From Vitrella brassicaformis CCMP3155 (Eukaryota > Protista > Chromerida), in NCBI GenBank assembly GCA_001179505.1, contig CDMY01000117.1, positions 124,001 to 188,000 of the forward strand: a stretch of DNA of 64,000 nt, written 5' to 3'. Position numbers and translations under genes: made by a program. Positions 36,835 to 49,183 of the stretch are shown piece by piece. How positions within the stretch are numbered: the first letter of the stretch is position 1; each line of letters starts with the position of its first letter. The notes under the pieces are model-generated. The model had not been told where the DNA came from. It was given only the letters and a program-made list of their open reading frames with translations, and ran no database searches.

Positions 36835-39800
36835 TGTGCAGGAAGAATAGCGCTTATGTGCTGCAGTACGTGCAGGCCGGCAACATGGCTGCCGTCCTGG
36901 GGGTAAGCACTCCCTTGGAGACAGCCCGCCCACTGAGTCGCAACCATGGATACGCATGAGTACCGGTGTGTGCGTGCCTGTCTGTCTGTATGTGTGTGTG
37001 TGTGTGTGTGTGTGTCAGGAGGTGAGCCCGTCGGAGGTGCTGGAGCGTAGTCTGCAGGAGGACGCGGAGCGCATCGACGAGTGGCGGAAGAGGGGCAAAC
37101 AGCGAAACGACGAGGTACACAACACACACACACACACATACCAACTCGCCAGCCAATACGGATATCCATCCCGGCTCCCTCATTCATTCATTTGTCTGTC
37201 TGTCTGTGTGTGTGTCTGTGTGTGTGCAGGTCAATCTGGTCAAGCTGCTGACTGCGGATGGGATCCGCCGCAAGATCTACGAGCACGCCGGCCCCCAGCG
37301 GATGCCCGCCGTCCAAGTCAGCACATTCGCCGCCACATGCAGGAGCCTCCAAACCAGGTACGTGACTCACACGCTCACGCGCGCCTCACCGACCGACAGA
37401 CCCCCCCCCAACACACACCCATCCCATCATCGGACGTGACGCGTGTGTTGTGTTGTGCTGTGGGTTCAGTCTGTGTCCGGATCGTGGCAAGACGGACCCC
37501 TTCTGGTCCCGGCCCTATCGCGAGCTCAAGGCGCCATACGTCCACGTCAATCCCAACCTCCCCAACTGGGTCATGAACACACTGCGCAGGTCTGTCTCTC
37601 TGTCTGACAGATGCACACACTGCCGCGGGCGTCGCTCTGTGTGTGAGTGTGTGTGATGTGTTGTGTTGTGGTGTGTTGTGTTGTGGTGTGTGGGTGTGGG
37701 CTGCAGGATAGCGCCTGAGGAGATTTTGACGCTGGATGGTGGCAACCATGAGTCGGTGCCCTCCTGGGAGGTCAGCAACTTCGTCGAATACATCACACAG
37801 ACCAGACGGCTCAGGACCATCAGAATGCCCGGTGAGTCAGTCACTGCGCAGTGACCCAGCCATCCATCCGGCCATCTGTGTCTCTCTCTGTCTGCAGGCC
37901 TCGACCTGCGTCTGATCCAGCAGACCTCGCCGAAGGACCCGCGCCGCCTCGCCGACGCCCTGGCGTCTCTCCCCGACCTCGAGGTGCTGGACCTTTCCTC
38001 CCCCCGCACCCACCTGACGACCCCCTTCCTCAATCGCCTGGGCCAGCTCATGAGCCGCAAGAGCCTCGACCTCAGCGAGTCGGACGAGGCCGACGACAGC
38101 GGCAGCAACGACACACAGGGCAACAAGAAAATGGCCAGCCACAAAAAGGGCGGCGGTGCAGCGAGCGTCAGCGGCGCCAGTGTGTCGACCGCGAGCCCGT
38201 CGGGCGAGGGGGCGAGTGCTGCGGCCGCGGCGGCTGCTGCTGCTGCAGGTGGTGGTGGGTTGGGTGTCGGTGGTGTCAAGACGACTGACGCGACAAGGGG
38301 CAGCGGCAAGGACGGCGCCAAGGATGGCGGCAGGGATGGCGGCAAGGATGAGAGCGGCAAGAGCAAGGGTGATAGCGAGATGCCCACTGACCCATTTCCC
38401 AAACTCAGGTGAGGTGTGCACGGCACGGATTCCTGCAGGTCTCTCACTTTTCGCCCTTCCTGTATGTATCGTCTCTCTCTCCTTCCATGTGCCATACCAT
38501 GTGTGTCTGCTCTGCTGCTGGCTCCTGTAGGGTGCTGAAGCTGGCCGAGATCGAGGCGCCCTATCAGGGCATGGCAAAACTCCTCAAGGTGCGGAGAAAG
38601 GACCCATGCACACCTCCTCTCCACCCCCCCTTTGTGTACCACACGTGTGTTTGTGTTTGTGGTGTGTGTGTGCGTCATGTGTGCAGGGGATCCGTAGCGC
38701 GCAGCTTGACGTGCTTGACCTCAGCGGGGCCCTTGGGGGCCGCTGGATCATGCCACGAGACAAGGACGACCACAGACAAAGAATCGAGGCAATAGAGGTA
38801 CGTNNNNNNNNNNNNNNNNNNNNNNNNNNNNNNNNNNNNNNNNNNNNNNNNNNNNNNNNNNNNNNNNNNNNNNNNNNNNNNNNNNNNNNNNNNNNNNNNN
38901 NNNNNNNNNNNNNNNNNNNNNNNNNNNNNNNNNNNNNNNNNNNNNNNNNNNNNNNNNNNNNNNNNNNNNNNNNNNNNNNNNNNNNNNNNNNNNNNNNNNN
39001 NNNNNNNNNNNNNNNNNNNNNNNNNNNNNNNNNNNNNNNNNNNNNNNNNNNNNNNNNNNNNNNNNNNNNNNNNNNNNNNNNNNNNNNNNNNNNNNNNNNN
39101 NNNCCCCCCCACAGAGAGAGAGAGAGAGAGAGTGAGAGAGAGAGAGAGTGGGGTCCCGTGTTGATGTGTGTGAGTTCAGGAGGCCCTGGAGGAGCTGCTG
39201 TATCGGTGTCTGATCCGTGAGTTGGACCTCAGCCGCAACAGCTACCACGTCGACATCTTCAGAGTCGTCTCTTCCGCCCTCAGGCACAACGACAACAGGC
39301 AATACATCAGGTGGGTGGCTATGTCACCCACACACAGGCCACAGGCAGACAGACAGAGAGAGGTACTGATGGATGGATGCATGGCTGGATGGCTGGATAT
39401 GGGTCAGGAGTCTTCGCCTGGGCTGGAACGCGTTTGGCCGGCGGGACCAGATGGGCTACTTCCTCGCGTACGTCTGTGACCACCTCCAGCTGACTCACCT
39501 CGACCTCAGAGGTACGAACGAAGACACACGCAGCGCGGGCAGACAGGCAGCCATGGGTATCGAAACCTAACTTTCGGTCGCTCCATCCATCCATCCATCA
39601 GGCGTGGACGTGCTTGACCTCAGCGGGCTGGATAATAACCACGGTCTCCTCCAGCGGCTTTGGCTGGCCTTTATGAAGGCCCAGAAGGAGCGCGACGAGC
39701 AGCTGGCCCACGACAAGCATAGGCGCCACAAGAAGTGGGAGGAGTGGGACGCCGAGGCCGTGCCCCCACCCAAGGACGAGCAAGAGGCCAAGCGGCGCCG

Positions 39801-42195
39801 GGAGGCGCTCGACAAGAGGGCAGAGGCCGCTGCCAAGGAGGAGGCGGAAATCCTCAAGACGCCGCCACTCGTCATCGACCTCAGGGGTGAGGGGGAGAGT
39901 GAGCGAGAGAGGGAGGGAGGGAGTCTGCTGCGTACATGTTATGCATGTGTTTGCGCGTCGTGACTGTGTTGGTTGGTTGGTTGGTGCAGAGAACGATCTG
40001 GTCTGCCAGGGGGGGCCACACTGCCGGTGGCCCACGCATATCTTTGAGGCCATCGAGACGCTTCGGAACCTCGGCTACACTCAGCCATGGATCAGAACCG
40101 GTGCGTGAGTGAGTCACTTCAGTCAGTGAGTCAGTCAGGGAGGGAGGGACAATCACATCCACACCCACCCACCCCAACACACCCAAGACCCAATGCCTCT
40201 CTCTGTGTCTATGTTCGTCCACCAGAGTTGCTGCAGCCGAGTGACCTGTACCAAGACTCGATTGACGTCTACGACCAGCTGGAGGAGTACGCCCTCAACG
40301 TCCCCCGCTACCTCATCGACATACTCATCTCAACGTACGACCCCATGCACCCCCACACATGGCTCCAGCAGGTCCAGCATTACGCGAACGACCTCGGCGA
40401 GCTCTACCACGACGCCTACATGCACGACTGGACTGCCAACTCTGACAGCCAGTGGGGGCAGGATGACGGCGCCACTTCGCCCATGGACTACGGCCGGTAT
40501 CGCCTCTGCCTCGACGGCCTCAAGCGGCTGGGCACCGAGAGCACGCTCCACTCCATCCGGGCGGCCATCACGCAGAGCAAGATCGACGAGTGCGAGAGCC
40601 TGCTGGAGGTGTATCGGCTGAGCGAGGACAACAACCTCGGGGCCCTTATGCTGCCCGGCCCTGGGGCGGTGGTGGGGGGCGCATCCGTCCTCGACAACGA
40701 CCAGAACGAGGGCAGCTACGCCTACCCCATCGGACGCGCGCCAATCGCCGGATGGGACCAAGACATCGGATACGGCCGTGGGGGCCGGCAGGCTGACGAC
40801 CAGGAGGATGACGACGAATCAACCTCCGACAACAACGTCCCAGTCGCCCAACCTGCGGGCCGCTCCGGGGTGCTGGGCCGTGGCGGCCGGGGTCGGAACC
40901 GCGGTCAGCCCAACAACGTGTCGGGGTCGATCGTGGAGCTGCAGGACGCCCTGATACATGAGGTCGGCAGAGACAGGGGCGGGAGCGTCGAGGACGTCAT
41001 CCAGATTCCTGACACAGGCGCCGACAACCACAGGGGGCAGAACCCCCGCAGGCTGCTGCCGCCACATGGAGGGAGTAGCGAGTATCGGGGCGAGTATCGG
41101 GTCATGCACGCGTCGGCGGCGGCCTACCGATACGCCCAGCCGTCCTCTACCAACGCCCGCGGCCGCACCAAGCAGACCAGCCCCAGCCAGGTGGACCCAC
41201 AGCACCAGCACCAGCACCGGCAGCAGGACCGTCGCGCCGCCCAGCTGGAGGGGGCCGACGATGCCGACGACGAGGATGAGTGGGGTGAGGAGTTCGAGGA
41301 CGGTGACGCCGAGGCCACCCTGCATGACGACAGGATGGCCGGGGCCGAGTACTCATCGGGGTCAGGCGGCTCGATGGGAGGCCAGGCCGACGAGGATGGC
41401 GGCAATGGATATGAGGACCTCGAGCAGCATGCCCAGGATGCCGACGAGGAGGGCGAGGGCGACGGCGAGTCGGTGGACAGCGGCGACCAGCCGAGGGTGG
41501 GGGTCGGCCAACGTCGTCGTTGGCGGCCGAGTGTCGGTGGCCTGAGCGCCTTCGAAGGCGCGCGACTTGATCGCCGGCGGGTTTCTGATATGAGCGGCTA
41601 CGAGGGCATGCGGCTCGAGTCGTTAGAGCGGCGTGACCACCCGAGGGGCGAGTCTGAGGGCAACCCTATCATGTGTGAGGAGTCGGAGGGGGAGGGCTAT
41701 GACGAGGAGGAGGAGGACGAACAAGACGACTATGATGAGGAGGAGGGCGATGCCGAGGAGGGGGAGGAGGGTGCAGATGCAGATGCTCATGCCCACCACC
41801 ACAACACTCGTGGTGGTGCGGGTGGTGCGGGTGGCGCTGCTGACGGCCGGCAGCGAGCGATGGACCTGGACGCCGACCACTCTCGCGATGGTGTCGTCGG
41901 CGAGGCCTACGACGAGGACCTGATGGAGCCTGATCAGCATCAGGAGGAGCAAGACGGGCAGGAGGAGGGCATGGAGGAGGAGGAAGAAGACGACAACTAC
42001 GAGGCCGAGGCAATGGACGACCAACACGAGCACGACCCAGCAGCACCACAAGAGGAACAACAGAACAACGGCGAGCCCCTCCCCCTCCACGACAGTGGCG
42101 CCGTCGCTCCCGATGGTGAAACCGTTGGATATGCCGACGACCCGGCGGCATACACCAGCCAGGCGGCCGGCCTTCCACCACCCTACAAACCCTGA
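31786..42195 (+). CDS. Large USP7/UBP12-like deubiquitinase (peptidase C19) with a MATH-like N-terminal region, LRR-like C-terminal region and acidic tail; spans two gaps
   Basis: Cys box GLQNHGATCYLNVLLQALF, QNDTQELNR, FLDIQLNVEG, LPPVLQLHLKRF, His box YHLHAVLVHQGEIFGGHYYAFIRP, WLKFND and SAYVLQY. Downstream exons carry LEVLDLS, LDVLDLS, IRELDLSRN and LTHLDLR. Confidence 0.88.
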
Positions 42196-44493
42196 CCAAC
42201 CGAGCGCACACACACTCGTCGGGTGGGTGGGGAGTGTACCAGGTGTGGGCTGGGCGAGGGGAGGGGGCAGGTGGGGTGGGGAGGGTGTCTCGTTGCTGCT
42301 GGGCTGCACATACTGCTGATGGACAGCACAGCGGGGGTCCTGTGCGTCGTTTTGAAGGCAGCAGCAGCAGCAGCTCCAGACAGACAGACAGACAGTGCTG
42401 TTGCTTGGGGCGTGTCCATCTTTTTCCCGCCATGCCACTATCTGTCGTTGGTGCATCATTCTGAGGCATGCAATGATGTGGTGTGTGCATTCCCGTTCCC
42501 GGCCGATGGACAAGCTCCCTCCCTCTCCCTCTCCCTCTCTTTGTCCCTCCCTCCCCCCCCCTCTCACTGCCTAGATGCATCCGTGAATATTTGTGAAGGC
42601 ACTCACTCACTCACTCAGTGCAGGGCGGCGTGGGTTACTTGCGAGGGTGTGGTGTGGTGTGGTGGGCTGTGGTGTGGTGTGTTCAGTGGCCTCAGTGCAG
42701 TGGTCAGTGGTGGTGGGTGTAGCATAGATTGGCTGACTGGCGATCTGCTTTGAAATGCCCAGCAGACCGCACGGCACACACAGACAGAAAGAAAGAACGA
42801 GAGAGGGATAGACTTAGTTGGTATCGCTGCCTGCCTGCCTGCCTGTCAGCCCGTCAGCCACGTAGACAAACAAAGGACAGAGAGGAGAGGGTTTTCGGTC
42901 TCGCGACACACGCACACGGCCTTCCTCACACCCTGCTGATCGCACTCACTGCATCCTGGTTTAAGCGGGCTCCCCCCCCCCCCCCNNNNNNNNNNNNNNN
43001 NNNNNNNNNNNNNNNNNNNNNNNNNNNNNNNNNNNNNNNNNNNNNNNNNNNNNNNNNNNNNNNNNNNNNNNNNNNNNNNNNNNNNNNNNNNNNNNNNNNN
43101 NNNNNNNNNNNNNNNNNNNNNNNNNNNNNNNNNNNNNNNNNNNNNNNNNNNNNNNNNNNNNNNNNNNNNNNNNNNNNNNNNNNNNNNNNNNNNNNNNNNN
43201 NNNNNNNNNNNNNNNNNNNNNNNNNNNNNNNNNNNNNNNNNNNNNNNNNNNNNNNNNNNNNNNNNNNNNNNNNNNNNNNNNNNNNCCCCCTCTCTCTCTC
43301 TCTCTCCCTGCCTCCTTCCCTCCCTGTCTGTCTGCCTGCCTGCCTAGCTGCCTCTCCCTCCGGGCGTGGCGTGTTGTGTGGGTTTTGCCACGTGCATCGC
43401 CTTCTCCTATCTGTCTTGGCGGTGCGGTGCCGTTTGTACATATCCTCTCCTCTCTCTCTCCCTCCCTCTCTGTCTTTGTTTCTTTCTCAGCCCGATGTTA
43501 GTTAGCGTGTTGATCCGTTGACTGTCGGTGCGGTGCAGACCAGCAGGCAGGCAGACAGACGGGCACACAGACGGATGGATGGATGGATGGATGGATGGAA
43601 GGGCCATTGATAGTTGCAGCATTTTTTGGCTGACTGACTGGAGAGGAGGAGATGCCATGAGGTAGGTGGGCTGGCTGATGACTGATGGACGGATGGAGGC
43701 AGGTTTGCAGGTTGGGGGGGGCTGGGTCCGGGGGGTGTGGTGTGGTGTGGTTGGGTTAGTATTTATGCTGATCTGCTGCCTGCCTGCCTGCCTGCCTGCC
43801 TGCCAATTCAGTGACTCACTCAATGACATGCCCTCATGCTTATGCATGAGAGCAGATCTCTCTCTGTCTCTCTCTCTTGTGTGTGTGTCTTGACCTTCTG
43901 TTTGCACTACTGTGTGTGCCTGCTGTGCATGGCGGTGGTGTTGCGTGCAGACTTGACTTGCCTGACATTGACCTGACTTGACTTGGCTTGCTGCATCAAT
44001 GTCTCCTCTCTCTCTCTCCCCTTTAGCAGCAGCTCATACACACCGCCTTCCGTCCGTCTGTCCACCCATCCGCCCTCCTTGTCCAAAGTCACTCGCCTCC
44101 ATAAATGGCTCTCACATGACAACCACCNNNNNNNNNNNNNNNNNNNNNNNNNNNNNNNNNNNNNNNNNNNNNNNNNNNNNNNNNNNNNNNNNNNNNNNNN
44201 NNNNNNNNNNNNNNNNNNNNNNNNNNNNNNNNNNNNNNNNNNNNNNNNNNNNNNNNNNNNNNNNNNNNNNNNNNNNNNNNNNNNNNNNNNNNNNNNNNNN
44301 NNNNNNNNNNNNNNNNNNNNNNNNNNNNNNNNNNNNNNNNNNNNNNNNNNNNNNNNNNNNNNNNNNNNNNNNNNNNNNNNNNNNNNNNNNNNNNNNNNNN
44401 NNNNNNNNNNNNNNNNNNNNNNNNNNNCCACTGAAAGGCTCTTCTCTTGCACACCCCCACAGAACCGCCCACACATAATGCCCATCTGCTTAT

Positions 44494-45847
44494 CTATCTA
44501 TAGCCGCGATAGCGGCCCCTGGCTCCCCCCCTGATCGAGCCGCTGAGCAATGGCGTTAGCGAACCCGAGGCCGCCACTCTCCAAAGCACGCAGCTCATTT
44601 ACCCACGTCTGACGCTTTAACCACCTGGTGCACACACACACACACACACAGACACCGCCTCACCAGGCATGGCATGCTGTGGTCTCAGCATCCACCCACA
44701 CGTACCCGTATACGGATCTGTTCTCGCCTTTCGGCGCCACGGTCTTGGCAAACTCAACAGCGGCAGACTCCAGCCGATCTGTCACTCACGCACCACCCAT
44801 GCAGCCATACGGCAGCAGGAGACGATGGGAGTGTGCGTATGTTTCTCAGCCCGTGTGTGTGTGTGTTGTTGGTCGGCCATCCCATCCCATCCACCTCACC
44901 TGGTGGTGCTGTTGCGTGTATCATTTGCAGCTTGAGGGCGTCGGCTGCCGTGAATCTCTTGGCTCTGAGGATCATGTCGGCCCAGAGGGAGCGGTCCACC
45001 TTGGCCGTCACTACAGCCGCCATCCCAGGCGTCAACGGCAGACCTGCACACATCACATCCAACACACACACACACACATACACATCGATCGATAGATAGG
45101 CACGCAGACACAGAAGCAAAGCTATGGATCCATCCCACCCACCGACTCGACTCACGTCACGTACCGAGGTCGACTTCATTGACGCATATCCAGCCTTTGG
45201 CGCTGTTCATGACCCGCCAGTCGCAGCAGAAGGCCAACATGGCACCGCCCGCAAACTGCACCAACCAACCACCGACACAACCACATAGACAGACAGACAG
45301 ATACACACACACCGACCGACACGGAGAGAGAGCGAGGGTGTGCTGTGTGTGTAGCTCACGGCGTGTCCGTTGATGGCGGCGACCGTGGGTACTGGGAAGG
45401 ACATCAGGCGGGCCATCACTGACACACACACACACACACGCACAGACAGACAGACAGACAGATAGACAGAGAGATCACTCCCACACTCACGTGGATCAGC
45501 TCACGTTTGTGGAAAGTGGTGAGGAGTCTGCCCGGCTCGCTGCTGAGTGCCTCGAACTTGAGGCCGTTCGAGAAGAACTTGCTGCCGCTCTTGCCCGTCA
45601 ACACCACTGCTGCCGCACCCTCTGAAGCCTCTGCAACACACACAAAAAATGGCTGCCTCTGGATCTTTGCCGCAGCCCTCCCTGGTGGTGTGCAGTGCGG
45701 CGCTTCGTCACAGCCCACTCACTCACCTATTTGGTCCATGACTGCGTGCATGGCATCGATGAATTGGAAATCCACCCTGTTGTCTGTGGTGGCCATCCGC
45801 ACCACAAACACCTCTTCGCACGGACGCTCCACATCTATCAACGACAT
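44494..45847 (-). CDS. Enoyl-CoA hydratase/isomerase (crotonase) family protein, probably a delta3,delta2-enoyl-CoA isomerase
   Basis: AVVLTGKSGSKFFSNGL, FPVPTVAAINGHA|FAGGAMLAFCCDWRVM, CVNEVDLG|LPL and AKRFTAADALKLQMI. Confidence 0.9.
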
Positions 45848-45912
45848 CCTCACTCTGCAAACCAGCTGCAGAGAGATCGCGGGATGTGCGAGCTGAGAAG
45901 AACGAAGAGGAG

Positions 45913-47039
45913 ATGGAGGGTGTGCAGCCTGTGAACGGCAGCGGCCCTGCGTGTCCGCTGCGGGTGAAGCTGCTCACACTGATGTTCGTCTGCGACAGAG
46001 ATCACGAACAGGTAGGATGGGAGATCTCGCCAGGTAGCGGGTGACAGACAGACACACACACAACGCCCAATGGATGGATGGATGCATCCACGCATTCACT
46101 CACAAAGAGCCGTGTGCCACGCGGCTGTCTGGTCCGTGGTGCGAGTGCAGGTGCTGCTTGGCATGAAGAAGAGGGGCTTCGGCAAAGGTCAGCGCACCCA
46201 TGGATGGATCACATGAGGGGTGCACTCACTCATCAATCATTCCTGTGTCTGCCTGCCCTGCCCTGCCCTGCCGTGCAGGCAAGTGGAACGGGTTTGGAGG
46301 AAAGGTTGAGCCGGGCGAGTCGGTGGCACAGGCAGCCGTGCGGGAGCTGCAGGTGGGTGGCTGGGTGTGGGCATCACACGGATGAGTGGATGCAGTCACA
46401 TGGATATGTGTGTGTGTGGCTGCCGTGCGCAGGAGGAGTCGGGTGCGCTTGTGGAGATGGCTGACGTGCAGACGGCGGGGCTGCTCGACTTCACATTCGA
46501 CGAGTCCAACGAGATCATGCGCGTGGTGAGTGTTGAGTGGTGCGTTGGTCGGTGGTGGTTGGTTGGATGGATTTGTGTGCATTCCTTCATTCCTTGTGAC
46601 TGCAGTTTGTGTTCCGTGCTGACAACTATACCGGCGAGATCGCAGAGTGAGCTACAGGGAGAACCGAACCGTCGGATACACGGAAACACACCAGCACACA
46701 CGCGTGTGTGCGTGTCTGTTTCGATCACTCAGGACGGACGAAATGCGTCCGCAGTGGTGGTCGCTGAGTGAGTGCCCATTCGACAACATGTGGCCAGACG
46801 ACAGGTACATCCACCCACCCACCCACACCCACCCACATCCACACCCACAGGGCTGTGTGTCTGGCAGGTATTGGTTCCCATACATGTGGGGCCGGCGGCC
46901 CTTCGTGGGCAGTTTCCACTTCAAGGCCGACGAGAAGACCATCGTCACGCACACCATCGAGGCCACGACCGTGGAGCACATCGACACGAGAGCTCGCGAG
47001 GAGGCGGACAGAAAGAGGGCCGCGACGGCCAATAGCTGA
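45913..47039 (+). CDS. NUDT1: 8-oxo-dGTP / 2-OH-dATP pyrophosphatase (Nudix, MTH1-like)
   Basis: KLLTLMFV..|VLLGMKKRGFGKG|KWNGFGGKVEPGESVAQAAVRELQ|EESG (Nudix box), then EMRPQWW..PFDNMWPDDRYWFP, all matching MTH1. Confidence 0.95.
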
Positions 47040-47214
47040 GCAGACGCCCTCCTCCAACACACACAGACAGATACATGAACGCATTTCTGTGTATACGATG
47101 GAGGGAAGAGGGCGGTTTGGATAGCTGTATAGACGGCGGATTCTGAGTGAGAGAGAGAGAGAGAGACATCAAAGCCTCTATTGCATTTCGGTGGATGATG
47201 GACAGGCTCGTGTA

Positions 47215-48405
47215 TCATGACGACGATGTAAGCACGTTGTGCAGCAAGTACACAGAGAGAACTCCTAGCAGCGTCCTGACTATATCTGACAAGGAGAGGA
47301 GAGCTCTATGTGCGGCTGATCTGATGAGCAGGGTGTCCAACGTCAGCATCCGCCACTTGAATGAACGCCCGGTGTCACCTATACACACACAGCACGTCGA
47401 CACATGATCATCTGCACGCACCTGCCTGTCTGCCTGCCCACCGAGTGTGTAGCAGTGGCTGAGTGCGATTCTGTATTGCTTAGCGAAGCCCTCACACCGA
47501 GTCTGATCCAAATACTCGGTGATCGTCGCATTTGGGGAATTAGAGTCCTATCACACACACACATGCACAGACAGCACACACAGACACAGACGCAGACACA
47601 GACACAGACACAGACACAGACACAGACACACAGAGACAGACAGACAGACACGATACATCCATGTCTCTGGCTGCCTTCTCACACTCTCACCGATCCCAGT
47701 GAATATCTCTCTGCGCCACTGGCGAATCGGAGACACTCGCCGTCGGCCGGGTAGACATATTCTATAAAGGGGATTCCACTACAGTCCACAGACTCAAAAA
47801 ATGATTGCTGCAACCGGCGTACATTGGAACACCTGCACACAGACACAGACAGACAGACAGAACCATTCCTCTCTGTTCCACCCACCCATCCGCCCACGCC
47901 CATCCCGACTAACTCACTGTGTGTTGCAGGTGGGTGATCTGTCGAGCAGCGAGTACACGGCATAGATGTTTTCAGAGGGGAGCAGCACCGAGCACGTCCC
48001 CACGACGGGCTTGATGACGGCCGTCGTCGTCACGCAGTGGTCCGAGTACAGCCGCACCTCCACCTGCGCCGTCACGCCATAGGAGGGGGGCACTGACACG
48101 ACCACAGAGTAGGCCGACGAGGTATTAGACGCCCCTGGGCCAGCAGCAGCAGCAGGAGCAGACGGTGACGCCGTCGCATTACTGCCAGCGAGTGTTGAGA
48201 CGGCAGGTGGGCCGTCCGCTATCGTGTTGGCATAGCACGTGGTGGGGATCATCCTGACAGAGGACGGAGACGCCAGGGGCTCCTGGCAACGGTTCTCTGC
48301 GAAGAGAGCGGCCTGGATGTCGTAGAGCTGCGGCGCGGCGCTCTTTAGCAGTGCAAAACTGCAGAACAAGGATAGAGCACGGCCCCGACTGATGATAAGG
48401 CGCAT
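47215..48405 (-). CDS. Secreted or surface Cys-pair repeat protein with a hydrophobic, GPI-signal-like C-terminus
   Basis: Signal-like MRLIISRGRALSLFCSFALLKSAAP. Four frame-compatible exons carry four [FY]x[DE]xxC...C modules and end SAAHRALLSLSDIVRTLLGVLSVYLLHNVLTSSS*. Confidence 0.65.
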
Positions 48406-48502
48406 CTGAGAGGAGATTGGCTGCGGAAACCGGGGGAAAAGAGTCGAGCGATTCAGGCTTGCGAGCTTGGCGCGCGAAACGGAAGAAGGAATCTCTCGAA
48501 TA

Positions 48503-49183
48503 ATGTGGCGCAAGACAACATCTGACCGCGATGTTGAGGACACGTGGTACTTCAAGATGCCCAAAGTTGAGCTCCACTGCCACCTGGAAGGTTCGTTCCC
48601 ATTCTCACTGGTACGCATCTGCAAATGTCGCCTCGCCATGACAACGAGCATCTCTCTGTTTAATTGTGCGTGCGTGTGTGTGTGATGCAGGTGGTGGATG
48701 AGTACAGGCGGCAAGGCATCCCTCTGCCGTCTGATGATGAGGCCGCGTTGCGTGAGTACTTCTTGATTGAGAGGCCTTCGAGCATCTCGACGGCTTCCTG
48801 GACAAGTTCGCCCATCTGCAGAAGATCTTCGGCGACCTGGATGCCCTCGAGAGGCTGACGACAGTGGCGGTGGAGGGCAAACACAACGAGGGCGTCAAGC
48901 TGCTGGAGCTTCGGTTCGCCCCCACGTTCATCGCACATGGTATGGTGAGGGGCAGCCGATGAAATGGATGGACCGAACCAACCCACCAGTTGTGGATGTG
49001 TGGCATTTATTTGCTGCTCTCCGCTGTCCGTACGTCCACACAGGCTGGGGCCAGTCCTTTTCGTCCATTCTGTCGGCCATTCAGCGGGGCGTCAAGCGGG
49101 CCTGCGAGAGGTGTGAAAATGGCATCCACGTCGGCCTCATCTGCATCGCTGTGGGCGCGTCGGGCCACCAGGAGTTCGACCGC
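48503..49183 (+). CDS. ADA: Adenosine deaminase, 5' part; apparent 1-nt frameshift in exon 2 and 3' part lost in the gap
   Basis: MPKVELHCHLEGS (metal-binding HxH), EGVKLLELRFAPTF and IHVGLICI. The sequence runs into the N gap at 49184. Confidence 0.85.
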
